The notes under the pieces were generated by a model. The model was not told the DNA's origin. It did no database searches and saw nothing but the letters and a program-made list of their open reading frames with translations. This document shows, piece after piece, positions 39,901-54,690 of a stretch of DNA of 64,000 bases (positions are counted from its first letter, which is position 1; every line of letters begins with the position of its first letter). The translations under genes and the position numbers were made by a program. Origin of the DNA: Geosiphon pyriformis uo1 (lineage: Eukaryota > Fungi > Glomeromycota); contig JAAOMT010000261.1 of the NCBI GenBank assembly GCA_016748015.1, positions 451,883 through 515,882 of the forward strand, in the 5' to 3' direction.

Positions 39901-42733
39901 GATGGGGTTTCTTGGGTCTTTGTCCAGTGCATTGCACACAGTTATGAACGAGAGTTTCTTATTGTAAACTGAATATTCTAGTTTTGATTTGTGTTGCTGG
40001 CGGTTTTTTCATGAACTTGCCTGGTTCTATTCGGATCTTCCTTTGCTTCTCCAAATTGGTATGGCCAGTAGTCCTGTTCTTTGGTCATCAGCCCATGAAA
40101 ACTGATAAGTTTTAATGGCTAATAAGACTAGATTTTCCTTAAATTCAAAAATAGGTCTTTGGTTGGTGCTGGGTTTTTGGAAGTGGCCACATGTGGCTAG
40201 AATTCTGGCATGGTGGCTATTATATCTGATAAGAAGTTCTTGGGTGGTCCAGTCTAATGTGGTGTTGACTTTTGTTAACCAGTTATTTTCTACTAACACT
40301 TGATATTGTATAGCGTCTATTACTAATACTTTTGTAGGTATTATTATGCCATTAATTTCAAAAAAAAATGAGTCGATTTCACTATAAGGCAGCTTGGTAC
40401 TTCCATTGGCTGTTATAATTTGGGATGTTATAGCACGATTAACTTTAAAACCCAGTTGGTTTACTAGTTAAAGCATTACAATACTTCTGGCAAATCTACT
40501 GTCTAAGATGAGTTTGATTGACATGTTGTTTACTTTTGCTTCTATGTACATAGCAGTGATTGGGCATTCCTCGTCCAATGCTGCTTCACTAAACATAGCC
40601 TTTTTTTCCTCTAATTCAAAAAAAAAAATAACTGTGAGACTGCTATCTTCTGTGACAATGGCTGGTGGTATTGTTTGGATCAAGTTCTGGCTATTGGTGA
40701 TATTTTCGGTTCCAGGTATGTTACCATTAATATTTCCGAGATTTAAGTTTTCCAATATATTAAGATAAGTTGGCTAGAAATTTGGGTAGTTTGGGTAGTT
40801 TGCATTTGTTTGCTGATTAAGTCCTATGCAATTAGAATTTCTAGTAATAATCACATTTTGACTTAATACTGACTGGCTTCGAAATTCTGGACGCCAGTTT
40901 GGGTTTGAAATTGCTGGTCGTTGCTGGTAAGTTTCTTGATTTTGGTATGTAATGAGATATTGACATGATATTGGCATGTATTGATTTCTGAGCATTTGGG
41001 GTGGCGTGTAATAATTATTTTCACACGCTTCATGCATTATTCGCATTCAACATTGACTAATCAAATGTTCTACATGTTTGCAAAAATGGCAGATGTGCAT
41101 TTTTGTTCTGAAGTCCTGGTGTGACGAGCAATTATTTTGTATCTTTGTGGTGTTTGATATGTGTTATTTCTTCCTGGGTCTGAAATGAAATAACTTTCTA
41201 TTTTTTTAGAGAGTTCCTTTCCTAATTGTGTTACTCTCTTTTCGTCTTGTTTTTTTCCATTATCATGTTAACTATTTAACTATGGTTAGCTTTTTTCTCA
41301 GCCAATTCAAGAGCTCTGGTGAGCATAACAGCTTCTGGTAAGGAATTAGAGTGGGCAGGACATACTCTTCCTAAAATGCTGCTTTTTAATCCTTTAATAA
41401 ATTGATTTAAAACCTAAGGCTCAGTGTAGTATTCTTGCTTAATCACTTTAATCTAACAGCAAATTTGATTAAATCGAGCAAGGTATTGGGTGACAGTTTC
41501 ATCTGTACCTTGCTTGATAGTATTGAATTTGTTCTGCAGTTGGATCATAACATTTGAGTCACTAAAATACTCCAAAAATGCATCTTTGAATTTGGCAAAG
41601 CTCATGAGTTTTGTTTCTAAGCTTTGATACCATAAGTCAGCAGTGCCTTTCAGAAAGAAAGATAACATTTGGATTGCTCTTTGATCATTCCAGTTATTTG
41701 CCTGGATGGCTTTTTGTGCTTCTCTGAGCCACATGTGCATGTCCATTTCTTTTTTCTCTTCTGAGAAATCTGTTAATCGTGTGATATATGGTGTAGCCAT
41801 TTTGTTATTGTTTCTTGCTAGTGGGTTTATTGGTCTAAAAAGAGATGGAATGATATTTCCTTGAGTGTCCCTAAAGATGGTTTCTCTTATATCTGGTTCT
41901 TTTTCTTAATCATAAGTTTTTTGGTTTCTGAACTAGCTGCTTGTTTCAGTGACCAGTCTTGTGCTTGTTTTTTCACTGGTTTCTTCGGATTCCAATTCTG
42001 ACTCCACTTCATGGTTTTCAAACTCCGCTTTGAATTTTGGTTGAAAAAGAGGTTTTTGAAATAGTGATAAATATCCTTTTGTAATTGGTATATCTTCCCA
42101 ATTGTGTTGTTTAAGCTTCTCAGTGTAATTAAGAGTTCTCGGCATTTGTAGAGTTGATGTGGATGATGATACAGCTTCTAATGGGAGTTGGATTTTATTA
42201 TTTGGGAAAAAATGGTAAGATCTTTCTTCTGGCAAATAAAGGCATTGTTTCTTTACTGATTGCATGACATTTTTCTTGGGCATTTGTGTGGGTGTTCCTA
42301 ATTTTTGCTAATTTTCTTTGTGATTAATTTCTGGATTGTGGATGTATTCTCTGGTGTTTTTTGTAGATATTGGGTAATTTTTGTTAACATATTGCTCAAT
42401 TTCACAATGAATTTGAACAATAGTCATGACTAATACTGTTGTTTCTTTTGTAGTAAATTGAGATAATTCCCTATATAATTGATGTTTTGCGTTATTTGGT
42501 TCTTCTTCTCTTCCTATGTGATAATTTATTCTGGCATTAATGTAATAAGTGAGGGCATTTTCAGCTGAACAACACTCTTCTGGTAATCCAAAATCACTTT
42601 GATGTTGTAAATAAAGAGCACAGCAGAATTCAACAACAGTGAGGTTAGGAGTTTTTGTCACCACTTTTGTTTCTTCTTTTTTAGCAATAAATTATTGCTA
42701 ATTATTATTTTCTTTTTGATTTTCTTTTTTCAT
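36985..42733 (-). pseudogene. gag-pol (gag to RNase H) of element 5
   Basis: RT motifs LDLTSGYWQ, FGLTN and YLDN; RH TNAS and ELECLAV; dUTPase GFGST; PR LILDS. Confidence 0.92.
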
Positions 42734-42746
42734 AGGATTCACCAAA

Positions 42747-43560
42747 TGTTATGGGAGTGTTTTTTTAGTATATTTTAATTGTTGATCTCCTATTTTAATT
42801 GCAATTAGTCTCTCATGAGTTCCTCTATTTTATGTGTTAGATATTAATGATAATGTACTAAAAGTTTTCTCTTAATGTTGTGATGTAAGGCTTCTCTTTA
42901 ATTCTAGTTGTCTTTGTATGTTGTGTACTCCTTCCTAAAGGCTAATCTAAAATTTACTCATTGTCTGGGGTCTTCTCTGAGACTATTCTTGCAATTGCCT
43001 GATGTGTTTCTCTAATCTAGAAACACAGAATATTAATAGTCTTTTTGCAATTTTTCTAAGTATATAATAAAGCTTTTTCAATTTAATTAGTAATCACATG
43101 AATAATCTTGATCAGAGATTATTCTTTCAAAGAGTTCAAAGATGGAATAATAGTTTTATTCACTAGAAAGGGTATGTGAATTTTATTGTTAATCTCATAA
43201 TTGTGATGTTCATTCAATTTATTATTTTTATTAATTTTTTTTTGAATAAAATTTTATTTAGATATTTGTTGCTTCTAGTTGAAGCTGTTTGTCTTTATCA
43301 TTGAAAACTATTGTATATATATATAATTATTGTTTTACAAAATAACGTCTTGTAATACTCTATTTCCGTTATTTCTAAATAGTGCTTGCTGCTTTTGCAT
43401 GATAGTGTTTGCTGCTATTGTATGATAGTGCTTACTGCTATTGTAAAATAGTGCTTGCTGTTATTTGTAAATTATTTTTTTTTATAATTGTTGCTGTGCT
43501 ATTTCATGATTGACTAATTTATATTATTTATAATTCTTATTAAATTTTTGAACTGTAACA
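42747..43560 (-). repeat. 5' LTR of element 5
   Basis: TGTTA...TAACA, adjacent to the PBS. Confidence 0.95.
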
Positions 43561-43720
43561 ATAGAAAAAAAAGTTGGATTTTTTCTACTTTCTCTTAATA
43601 TTTTATTAAACAGAAAATAAATTAATTTTAAAATAGTAAAAACTCCAATAGAAGTATCTATTAAGAAATTTTTTGTCTTAAATATTAATTTTTCAGCTAT
43701 GAAAAACAAATTAATAACAG

Positions 43721-43853
43721 TATTATAGATTATTATTTAGAGTATTAAAATAAATAACAAACCTATAATTTGGTGCTCAATAATTATTAATGATAGTAAT
43801 TTCTAAAGGTTTTGTGATCTAAAAGTTTTGGTTGAGTTTTTTGTATAATAAAC
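43721..43853 (-). repeat. Truncated family B LTR (U5 end only)
   Basis: Matches the first ~130 bp of 24767 and 55882, then joins LINE sequence abruptly. Confidence 0.75.
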
Positions 43854-43854
43854 A

Positions 43855-46800
43855 ACTGTAAAACTTTCCATCTATTTATCAATAACAAACCTAATGCTTA
43901 ACTTCTTAGCTCTTAATAACTCAGCAAATTTGTATATACAATATAACTTTTTTATGCCAAACAAAGCAGAATGCACATAAACAATATTTGTATCAGAATT
44001 CACAAGATCTTAAATAATTAATGCCTTGTCACTGTCCAAAAAGCAAACCTATCAACACTTTCCTCACAAAAAGCCTTAACAATTCTTGAAACCAAAATTT
44101 TCAAATTATGAAACCTAGAAGATCTTTTGATAAAAACACTATTAAAGTTTTTAAATTATAATTTCTTGAATGTTCCATCAGCCAAAAAAATCACAATCTT
44201 GTGAATAATATCTCATATTGTATCCAAATCTGAAAACTTCTTAGAAGTAACAAACTCATCAGAAAACATTGTAGTATTGGCTGTTATAGCATTCTTAAAA
44301 ACATTTTATTTTATTAGTATTTTTAATATTAAACTTCCAATAATTTTTGTTTGCCTGTTTGCACACAGAGTTTAATTGCATGTTTAATAAGCTTTTTAAG
44401 CCTACAGAAACAAAAACAGCTTGGTGATCAGTGTCAAAATATTCTCCAATGCCTATTATACTACAATCTACTATTGTATTAATCAAGTTTAAAGAAATAA
44501 ACACATAATCAATTGTTTTCACAATATCTTTCAAATTTTCTTATATTGATGTGTTTGTAGCTAAACTTTTAACCAATGAATTGACTAATCCCAAACTAAG
44601 GCACTTCTTAAAACTAGCACATCTGCAAAATCTATTTTTATTGAAATTCTCATCTAAAATTACAAAAAAAGATTCATTGACAGTCTTTGCAATTAAAGAG
44701 TTAATAATATCAGCTTAAAAAAATTAGGCTGCCAATAAAACACTAGCATACAGCCCCAAAATTGAAACAAAAAGTTTATTTTTAAATAATAACTTGATAG
44801 ATAACAGCCAGCCAGGAATTTCTGAAATCTTATACACATGTCTTGTCAAGGCTGTATTTATAATAATTGTAACACCAAAATCCAAATGACCAGAATTCAA
44901 AACCAGAAGTAAATATTTAAACATCATCAAATTTGTTTTTAATCCATGAATAAATCTTCCTTTTTAACTTGGTTTCTATAACAACAAAAATCAAATTGTT
45001 TATATCCTTGTGTTAATAAATAATATTTTTTTGCTTGGCAAAATTGTTTATTTTTCTGACATTGCATATGACAATTTTTCATACAAAACTACTCATTAAG
45101 AAGGAGTTTGAAAAAGCATATCACCAGCTAAAGCCAAACTATCAAAATAAACTGACAAACTTAATACTAAAGTTAAGAGATCTTTCAATATGTTTTTTAA
45201 CTTAACCATATTAAAGAAGGCAGACAGAACCAAAATCACAGCAGCTTTACTACCAGTAGTCTTACTCAAGCTTTTTCCTATTATTATATTACCTACTTAA
45301 TTCTGTAATAAGGAAGTTATTAACAGCTAACATTCAGAACTAAGCTAGGAAACTATCAGTATGAGTGAATCCAACCTCTTAGCCAATTCACCAATTTGTT
45401 CTGTAAGGCTAATAAGACTGCTTTTAATTTTGACCAATCATATTTCCAATTTATTTATAATAGATAGAAGAGGTTTATTATTATTAATAGAACCAAAACA
45501 TGATTTAACACCATAAAATACATGTGTAAAAGAAGTACCAATTACTAATGTCCAAGTTTTATCACCAAAAACTAAAGAACAAAATTTTTCTTATAAATCT
45601 TTGTCAATCTAAACTGATCTTAAGCTAAAAAGAGAACTTTTTGCTCTTTAAAGCTGATAATATCTTTGATGATCTATAAGTGAAAGATGTATAACCTGAA
45701 ATCCTACAGACAAAACACAAAGCAAGAAACAGACATGACCAATAGAGACCAACTTTTTTTATAATTGGAGTTACAGTTATTGCATTAACCAACTCCAACT
45801 TAGAACCAAAACATACAATAGCACAGTAAACATGGGTATAATTAAAGGAATTACAATCAATAATGCAAGTTTTTTATCAATAGAACCAATAAATTCCTAT
45901 ATATTGAAAACAGTTATTTTCATAGAAAGTATATAAAACAAAGCCTTATACTTATCTTTAAATTCTCACATTTGTTTATTGAGATCAGTCTTGGCTACAC
46001 AAACTGCATTTTTTTCAATGAAGATAGACCACTCAGAAACCAAAAAATTAGTCTAATTTTGATTTTCCAATTTGATGACTGTCTTTTGTTAGAGACTTAC
46101 TAGTTGTATTTTAATTGACTTAATGTTATCAAACTCAACTATAGTGGCATACACAGTCTCAATAGATGTTTTCACAGAAATTTTTTTTAACACAATTGCT
46201 CAATTTATATGATTGTTGACAGAACATTTAAGATTGGTGTTTACTATAATATCTTAATTATTTGCCAATTTGCTGCAGCCATTATTGTCTTTTTAGAAAT
46301 AAAAGAAGCCAAATAATTCTACCAAATTTTGAAAGGGTAGAGGCTCCTCTAAAACCATTTACACCAGAGAAAATTTTCTTGACAACATTTAACTTATTTT
46401 AAGAGGATTTATTAGTTACTACTGCAAAATTAATATTAAGAGCAAAAAATTTTCTAATTGAAACTTGAACAATAAGTTTAAGAAAAAAAAAAGATAAAAA
46501 TAAGAGCAATTCATCCAATACATTATTATTACTATCACTGCTCATGTTAAAATCAATCATACCCAAAAGCTTTCTAAGAACACATTTTGTAATTATTTTT
46601 TTAGGTTCTTTAGACATTATTTCAGTATTATTTCCACCAGATTTTTCTCTACTCTTCTGCTGAAAACTTGTTTCTTCTATTAAATACTCTTTTTTTATAT
46701 CTATACTCTTTAATTTAGTAGTATTATTATTCATATATCCAGCCAAATTACCAAAAACACCACTAACAGAAACATCAACTATAGCAATAGATTTCTTTAA

Positions 46801-46950
46801 TAAACCACTTTTGTGTTTTTTTTTAGCAGAGAAGTTAATAACAACAAGATTAGAAAGTAACTTTTTTTTGGACTTTTTTATAATAAAATTGCTATCATTA
46901 CTGGCAGTCTTGTATTTAAATAGAAAAGGTTTGGAAGTATTTAGTTGAAT
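43855..46950 (-). mobile_element. LINE fragment: ORF1 plus the APE endonuclease part of ORF2, 3' part lost
   Basis: APE motifs CNV, GV.III, KTIDYVF and TDH. ORF2 ATG at 45096 overlaps a TAA (TAATG). Homologous to 52600-55880. Confidence 0.8.
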
Positions 46951-48918
46951 AGTAATATAAAATAAACAGCAAAAACTTCTTTTAAAATTTGTACCTTTTT
47001 AAGAATTTTAGAACATAAGAAAAAGTTTTTTTTTATTTAAATGTTTTAATATTATTTTAATTATTAATAATAATGGTTTTTTTTATATTATTAAGTTAAA
47101 TCTAAACATTATTTTTTTTGATAGTAAATTTTTTAAATTTAACAATTAGTATATATATTATTAATATAATTAATAAGAAAAATATATATAAAAAATAAAA
47201 TTAACAGTAAATAAGCTTTAAAAATTAATAGTATTAGTAATAAATTTATTAACATAACTGAATTATTAAGTATTAATAAAGTGAAGTTTAGAAAAATTGA
47301 ATTTTAAATAATTTAATTTAAAATAATTTTCAAAGTTTAAATAATAATAGATTTTAAGATTAGTGTTTTTTTAAAATTTTTTGATTTTTGTATTTTTTTT
47401 TAAATTGTTTTAAAACAAAAACCAAATGTTTTTTGATTTTATAATAAATAATAATACAGTTTTTAATAAGATTTAAATTGTATTTTTAAGTATATAATAA
47501 TATAATAAGTTAATAAAATATTCTGCAATTTTTTTAAATAAGGAATTAAATTTTTTTTAAAATAACTATTAAAATTTATAGCTTTTTTTTTGTTTCTAAA
47601 TATTATTAGAAAAATTTTTTAGATATATAATTCAATTTATAGTTTATTTTTACAATTATTAATGCAAAATTATAGTTTTATAAAAAAACTAATTAAAATC
47701 TGATTTAATTAAAAAGTTATTATTGTTTAATTTTAAATATACTTAGTAAATACAAAATAAGATAAATATTAATTTATAAATTTAAATAAATAATTATTTA
47801 TAATTTTTATTAAAATTTTACTTTATGTATTAAATTATTAATTTTTAATAAATATAATTAAATTAAGAAAATTATTTTTTTATTTTTTAATAATATTATT
47901 ATATATATATATAAATCTTTATAATATAAAAATTTTGGAATTATTAATATTTTTACATTTTTTTGAATTATTACTAGAATTTTTGGCATTGTTACTCATA
48001 GAACATAGAAAGTATATTAGTATATAAATTAGCCAATCAGAAGTAGCCATAGTAAATATGGAATTCTAGGATTCCTTTCAAGAAGAATTGCAGGATTCTA
48101 AGAATTTCAGGGTTCTCGTACAAGAAATCACAGGATTTTAGAATTTCAGGATTTCTGGTGTAAAGAATTAAGGAATTGAGAAATCTCAATTATGTATATA
48201 TAACAGTAGTACTAGAAATAGAAAAAGACAGAATCTTTTAGTTAGAGATCTCTCAGTTTAGATCTGATTTAAGCAACCTTCTATTCACAAGTATTAATAA
48301 ATAATTATTCACTATCTTAATCCACTCTCCACTATTAACACTTTATGTTGATAGTAATTAATACTTAACTACACTAGAACAATAGCTTTTAATCATGGCT
48401 ATTGATGGAATACTAACTTGCAATTGCTTTTACTTATTTCTTTATATTCTTTTATTTTTCTTTTATTTCTTTTGTATTTCTTTTGGTTGATTAATTGATT
48501 AAGAATTAAAGTGTTGAGTTACAGACATTATAGGAACTGATAAAAGACCTGTTAAACAAGGGTAAAACACTCATAGATTTGAGGATAGCTTATCAGGAAG
48601 ATTACTGGCCACCATGCTGAAAAAGAAATTTGATAAAACTGTAGTTTCAGGAAGCTATGAATAAAACCATCAATTAAATCTCTGTCTATTATACAAAAAA
48701 CTCTATAACAAAATCTTCAGATATCAACACCAGAATATTAGCCAAGCACCAAGTTATGGATTTGTTATTTGATTTAAAACCCCAAATAATTACCTGTAAC
48801 AGCATTTTTAAAATTTTTAATATTATATTATTTGTTAATTTATTATATATAATTGGTTAATTTATGTTATATTTATTTTTTATTATTATTTAATAAGTAA
48901 TTATATTTTAAATATATA
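46950..48918. other. Extremely AT-rich low-complexity tract containing a solo LTR
   Basis: Almost pure A/T outside 47990-48801. Confidence 0.7.
47990..48801 (+). repeat. Solo LTR, family B
   Basis: TGTTACTC...CTGTAACA with perfect TSD GCAT. Confidence 0.95.
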
Positions 48919-49041
48919 TTTTTTTTTTATGAGTAAAGTCCAAACACTACCTAGTACTATACAATAAAAAAATAATATAAACTAAACATAAATCATGCAT
49001 TTTTCACACATGACCAACCACTTAGGCCAATTAAAACAACA

Positions 49042-52000
49042 CTATGCAGTTATATAAACAGAGACTGAGTTACTAACACCTAAAAAAAATACATAAAATT
49101 TGCAAAAACCAAAATATATGCCAAAGACCTTAGTGATGCTAAACAATTTGATCATACCAGCAGAAAATTTTGAAGCCAGGCCAGACACTGAAATAAAAGC
49201 TGAACTATTTGAAGAAATTAGTTTGTTCTTTTTCATATAGACATGATGTTTAGCACAAACTAACCAAATGTCATTTCTAAAAGCAAAACCAAGAAAGTGC
49301 ACAAATTTAACAATCTTCAAACTAGTGATTTTGGAATTGCAGAAAATGGAAACAGTCTCACTAAGCCAACCATTAAAAACAAAACTCTAACAGAAAGCTG
49401 TAGACACAAATGAATTAGAAGCACAGGATGACAACAGTTGTAGTACACTAAAAGAGGAACAAAAGAGACCAGAAAGCACCCTTTAGGAAACCATATGGGA
49501 GTCTATTATATGGTGATAAACAGAAATGTTTACTTCACAAGAGAAAATATGATCCAATACCTCCATACTACCACAATATAGATACAACACATTGGGATAA
49601 CATCTATCATAAAGACACTTCTGAATGGCCATAAGCAGCCAACAATGCAAAACTTTCATGAAATAAGTGCATGTACTAGCTGAAAACTCACTAGTAAAAC
49701 CAGTGACCATGTGCAAATCAGAATGCCACACCAAAAAAAAACTAAGCCAATTAATATCTGAAAGCAAACTATCTGCCAAAAACTTAAAACCAGAACCAAC
49801 TTCTCAATGTGCATGACAAATAGAATAATAAATATTATGAACAAACTATTTAGAATTGCCAGAAACAGCAATGTCATCAGCCACTATAAAGTGTTCATCC
49901 AAATGAAGAAGAAAGTACCAACCAGAAAGAGAAGCAGCACCAGCTAACACATCAGCATGTTCATTCCCCAAGACACCAGAGTAACTCTTTACTTTGTGCC
50001 AACTGACATTCAAATTCTTACCACAAATAATGTTCACAATATGCCAATGCTTAACCCAACACTAATTACAAAAATTAGGATCCAACAGACTTAATTCCGA
50101 CTTACAAGCATCCAAGACAGATTGGCTATCTGAAAATATACAAACAAAACTAGAAGAGAGAACACACTCTAAAACTAATACAATAGCCTGTATTTTTGCC
50201 AAAATAGACAACATCAAATCCAACACATTAATCCCCAAACCCAAATTAACATCCTTAAAGAAAGCTGCAGCACCAGCCCTTTTGGTAACTGTGTCCAGAT
50301 TCTTTAGAGACTCATCTGTGTATACAGATAAATTACCAGTAACAAATCTAGAAAGATGGTTACAAACTGATACAAAATTATGAGATCCAAGAATGCTCAA
50401 AAGACCAATATTATTTAAATCAGAGAAACGAGAAAAAGAAGACATTACATCATTGAAAAACACAGTAAAAAGTTTAAACCAATTAGAAATGAGGCCACAG
50501 AGGTCCAATTTCCTCTACTACTTAAAAGTGTACCAATTAAACACAGCACCATAATGATTATGAAACTGATTCACAAAGGCAATGCCATATTTTCAGAGTG
50601 AAGAGAAAAACTTGGAAAATTTTGACTTACCAAGAACTGCAGACATGGGCACCCCACCAGGAAACAAAAAAAAATTGGCTAAAGAGCCACTCAGGGACAG
50701 CTTGTACTCAAAAAAAATATGAACCATGTCTGCCAAAAAGTTGTTTAAAGAACTGACTTGAATATGAACAGGAAAACTCAAAGAATAAATAGAACACCAA
50801 TACAAAATTTGTAGGTCATAAGACCTGTAAGAAAATAAGTGACCCAAAATCCCACCAGAGTTCACAAAACTGATAAGAGAGGCCACCTTACTCTCAGACT
50901 GGACTTAAATGAAAGACTTCAAACCATAAAAGGAAGGGTAATAAATTATATCACCAGAAAAATCAAAAGATAGACCAGTTTTAAGTTTCAAGTCTTTATA
51001 AATCAGAGCATCTTACTTGTTGTACACATCAACAAAAACAAAGCTAAACTGTGTCCTATAGTTGACAATAAGGTGTAGAACAGTTGACACTAAATACAAG
51101 AACTGCTTATCAGAAACAGTCTTTTTCAGAACCAGGTTAGTGAAAAAGTGAATGTCCAAATGCACTTTAGCCAAGCTAAGCTTTGAAAGACTCTTAGTAG
51201 ATAGAAAGATATACAGATATCTGTAAGATTCCTCTTTTTTGGAAATAGAGATGGGCATTTTGCTAATATAAAGAAAAGATTTGTCAATCCTGTTATTGAT
51301 AAGAATGGCCACTATTTTGTCATTATTAATAGAGATATCATTGATCTGAAAGAATTCACTGACAATATTGAGAATATGTTGAGTAGCATTCTGACTGCTA
51401 TCAATCCAAATTGTATTATCAACAAAGGCACCAGCAGCAAGAAAGAAAGAAAAACCAGCCCTAGATTTAACATGACCATTTTTGATGATAAAATGAGAAT
51501 TCAGTCTATACTTATACATATTCTCTTGATGCTTAACTTTACACAACAGGAAATCATAAAATATGCATCACAGAAGAGAGGAGAAAATCTCTCCTTGGTC
51601 TAAACTATTGTGCACATGATAACCATTGATAAGTTCGAAATCAGTCATAATCTGATTGGTACAATCCCTATAAATACTACCAAAAAACCTAATAAATTTG
51701 CCACACATTTTAATTCTGACCAAGCTCTTTTCAAGATGCTTCCATCTAATTAAGTTATATGCTTTCTGCATATTCTGCAAGACTAGCCATAGCTCTTGAT
51801 TTTTTTCTAGAGCATCCTCAACCACAGACCCAATTGCAAAAATATGAGATTGGGTTGTTGTACCTTTTAGAACCAAAAAATTGTCATCACAAAGAATATT
51901 AAAAGTGCTGTATGCCAAAGAAATCCTATCAGAAAGAATCTTGTGAGCTGTCTTAATCAAAACAATGGGACAAGTATTTATAAGAACATCTTTCTACTCA

Positions 52001-54690
52001 TATGGTTTGGAAATCATTGAGACCCAAGCCTCCTTCCAAGACTCAGACACTGATTCACTAGATAAACAAGAGTTTAAAAGCACTAAAAGCATATTTAGGA
52101 CCAACTTGTTACAATACTTCCAAAGTTCATTTGAGACATCTAAGAGACTAGCAGTTTTGCCATTAGGCAGGTCAAAAACCACACTAAACAATTCATCAAA
52201 TTTCACTGAACATATTACACCAAAAAAAGTTTCATCAAAAACATGCTCCAAAGATTGATACTGATGATACCAATTATTAGAAACAACAGCCACCACTTTG
52301 CACTTTCTAGTCCAACTCTTTATAATAGTATCCACTTTAGACTTAACCAAATCAGGCTCCAGAATCAACTTATTATTGACAACTAAGTAATCTAGCACCA
52401 CTTTATAAAAAGGATGCTCCATCATACTTCTAATAGTATGATCTTTATTTGTCTCAAAACTTTCTATCCTTTTGTCTATAGCCGACCTGATGTTCACTTC
52501 ATTAGCCTTTAAAGACTCAGCAAGCTTGGAAGCATGATAAAATTTTCTTGCACAAGAAAGAGCTAAATGAACATGATCAAAGCTCATATTAGAGTTCATG
52601 AAATCCTGAACAATCAAGGCCTTGACATTGTTCAAAGAAACCCATTGCTTTATAAGGAAGGTAAAACTGACATTACTCTCCTTATGAGAAGTCTTAACAA
52701 TTTTCGAAACCAAAAGTTCCAGCTTATAGAACCTTGAAAAATTCTTGGTGAAGATACCATTAAAGTCCCTAAACCATTTTTTTTTGAATATTTTACTTGC
52801 TAAAAGAGTTACTATCTTACAAACTATATTTCATATAGCATCCAAATCCAATAACCATACAGAGGCAGCAAATTTGTTCAAAAACAATAAAGCATTGGCT
52901 GATGTAACACTTCGAAAACATTCTCATTTACTCTTATTAGCACTCTTGAAATCAAACTTTCATTGATCCCTATTAGCTTGCTTGCAAAAAAAAATCAACT
53001 GTGTATTCAGAAGGCCACCCAAACCTATAGATATAGAAACAGCTTTGTAATAGTATTAAAGTATTCCCCAACATTAGCCACACAGTAATTCACCACCATG
53101 TTAACCAAATTTGAGAAGATAAACACATAGTCAATTGTCTTAGCTACACCTTGAGAATTGTTCTAAGTTGGCACCTTTGCAAACAAGCTTACACTTAAAA
53201 AGTTTACCAAACCCAAATTAAGGCATCTTTTGAAACTGGTACACTTGGTAGAATTATCTTTATTGAAATTCCCATCCAAGACAACAAAAAAAGACTCATT
53301 GACTGCCTTTGCAATCATAGAATTAATATTATTAGCCTAAGAAAAACAAACAGCCAGAGATGTCTCAATATAAAGTCCCAAAATCAACACTAAAAGTTTG
53401 TTTTTGAAAAGCAGTTTAATGGATAGGAGCCAACCAGGTATCTCAAAAACTTTGCACACATGTCTCACTAAAGAGGAGTTCATAATGATCACAACACCAG
53501 TACTCAGATAACCAGATTACAAACCAGAAGTAAACATTCACACATCATCAAATTTGTTGACAATCCAGAGACAAACTTTTTCTTTTAGCTTTGATTCTGT
53601 AAAAATAGAAATTAAATTGTCCTTGTCTTTGTGTCAACAAATGATATTATCCTGTTTTGCAGTGTTACCAGTAGAATTTTAGCTATTAATTAGCATAAAA
53701 TTACTCTTATAATTCCTATTATTAATTAGCATATATTATTATTATTTTGATTATTACTTATTATTTAATCAAATTATCAAATATCATTACTCAATCAATA
53801 ATCCGATTTGTACTATAGAAATTAAGATAATCAAATTACACAATACCCTGAACCATTTAACATAGTCAAAATTCGCCGAAATTAATGAAAATTGGCCGAA
53901 ATAATCAATAGTTTAGTGAAATAACTTGTAGTTCACCAAAATGTATCTTTAGTTTCCCAAATTGTAGCAAAGAGAAAAGTGCAAGTTCAAAGACTAGTAC
54001 TACAACAAGTTGTATAAAAAAAGAGCTTCTCTTTTCAAGAAAATGTATTTTCTTATAATATTTTAACATAGTATCTTATTTTAAATATCTTAACTAAAAC
54101 AAATCACCTTTTATATATTCAAATAAAAATTAAATATTCGAAAAACAAATTCTTAAAATTATTATATTTGAAATTCTCTCAACACAACTAATGTTTTGAA
54201 ATTAATTAGCTACCAATTTCAATAAACTGTTAGTGACTCCAGGCCTGAATAGAAAACGTTTCTCTTGATAAAATTCTATTTCTTCTATATTTCTTTTATT
54301 TTTATTTTTTTTTTATTACAATTATTAGGGTAGTCTACAGATGAGATTCCTGTAGAAAAGTTGACTTTTACAATAAAGTAACTACACATTTTTAGTGAGC
54401 TTCCAGATGAGCAATTCTTGAGAAAGAGTTAATATTTGCTACAATGTAACTACACAAAGTAACTGGCACAAAATTGGCCATTCTACTTATAAGCCCAGCA
54501 GTTCAAATTATAGGAGATAATTTAAAGATAAATTCAGTTACTAGAGGTCCAACTACTTCCTGAGAACATAAATTTACAGCAAATCAACATTAACAACATT
54601 CAAGAAAAGAGACCAAAAACTTCCAGTAACAGCAGGATTGTTTATTTCTTTAACATTACACATAGCAATTTTCCATATCAGACCACTTAT
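49042..54690 (-). pseudogene. LINE ORF2
   Basis: Consecutive ORF fragments 49042-52713 plus the APE region, interrupted by solo LTR 53663-54631. Confidence 0.88.
53663..54631 (+). repeat. Solo LTR, family A
   Basis: TGTTACC...AGTAACA with perfect TSD GCAG; reverse complement of 11923-12892. Confidence 0.95.

Larger units (their letters stand above)
35846..43560 (-). mobile_element. Ty3/Gypsy element 5 (family C), both LTRs, integrase deleted
   Basis: LTRs 35846-36658 and 42747-43560, TSD ATGG/ATAG, PBS TGGTGAATCC 42731-42744, PPT 36659-36673. Has gag, PR, Cys-rich region, dUTPase, RT 37447-38178 and RH 36985-37353. Confidence 0.95.
35531..43720 (+). pseudogene. Decayed LINE ORF1 fragment (35531-35845 and 43565-43720), split by element 5
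   Basis: The right part translates to ..PIEVSIKKFFVLNINFSAM, matching LINE ORF1 46399-46746 (VQVSIRKFFALNINFAVV). Confidence 0.55.
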
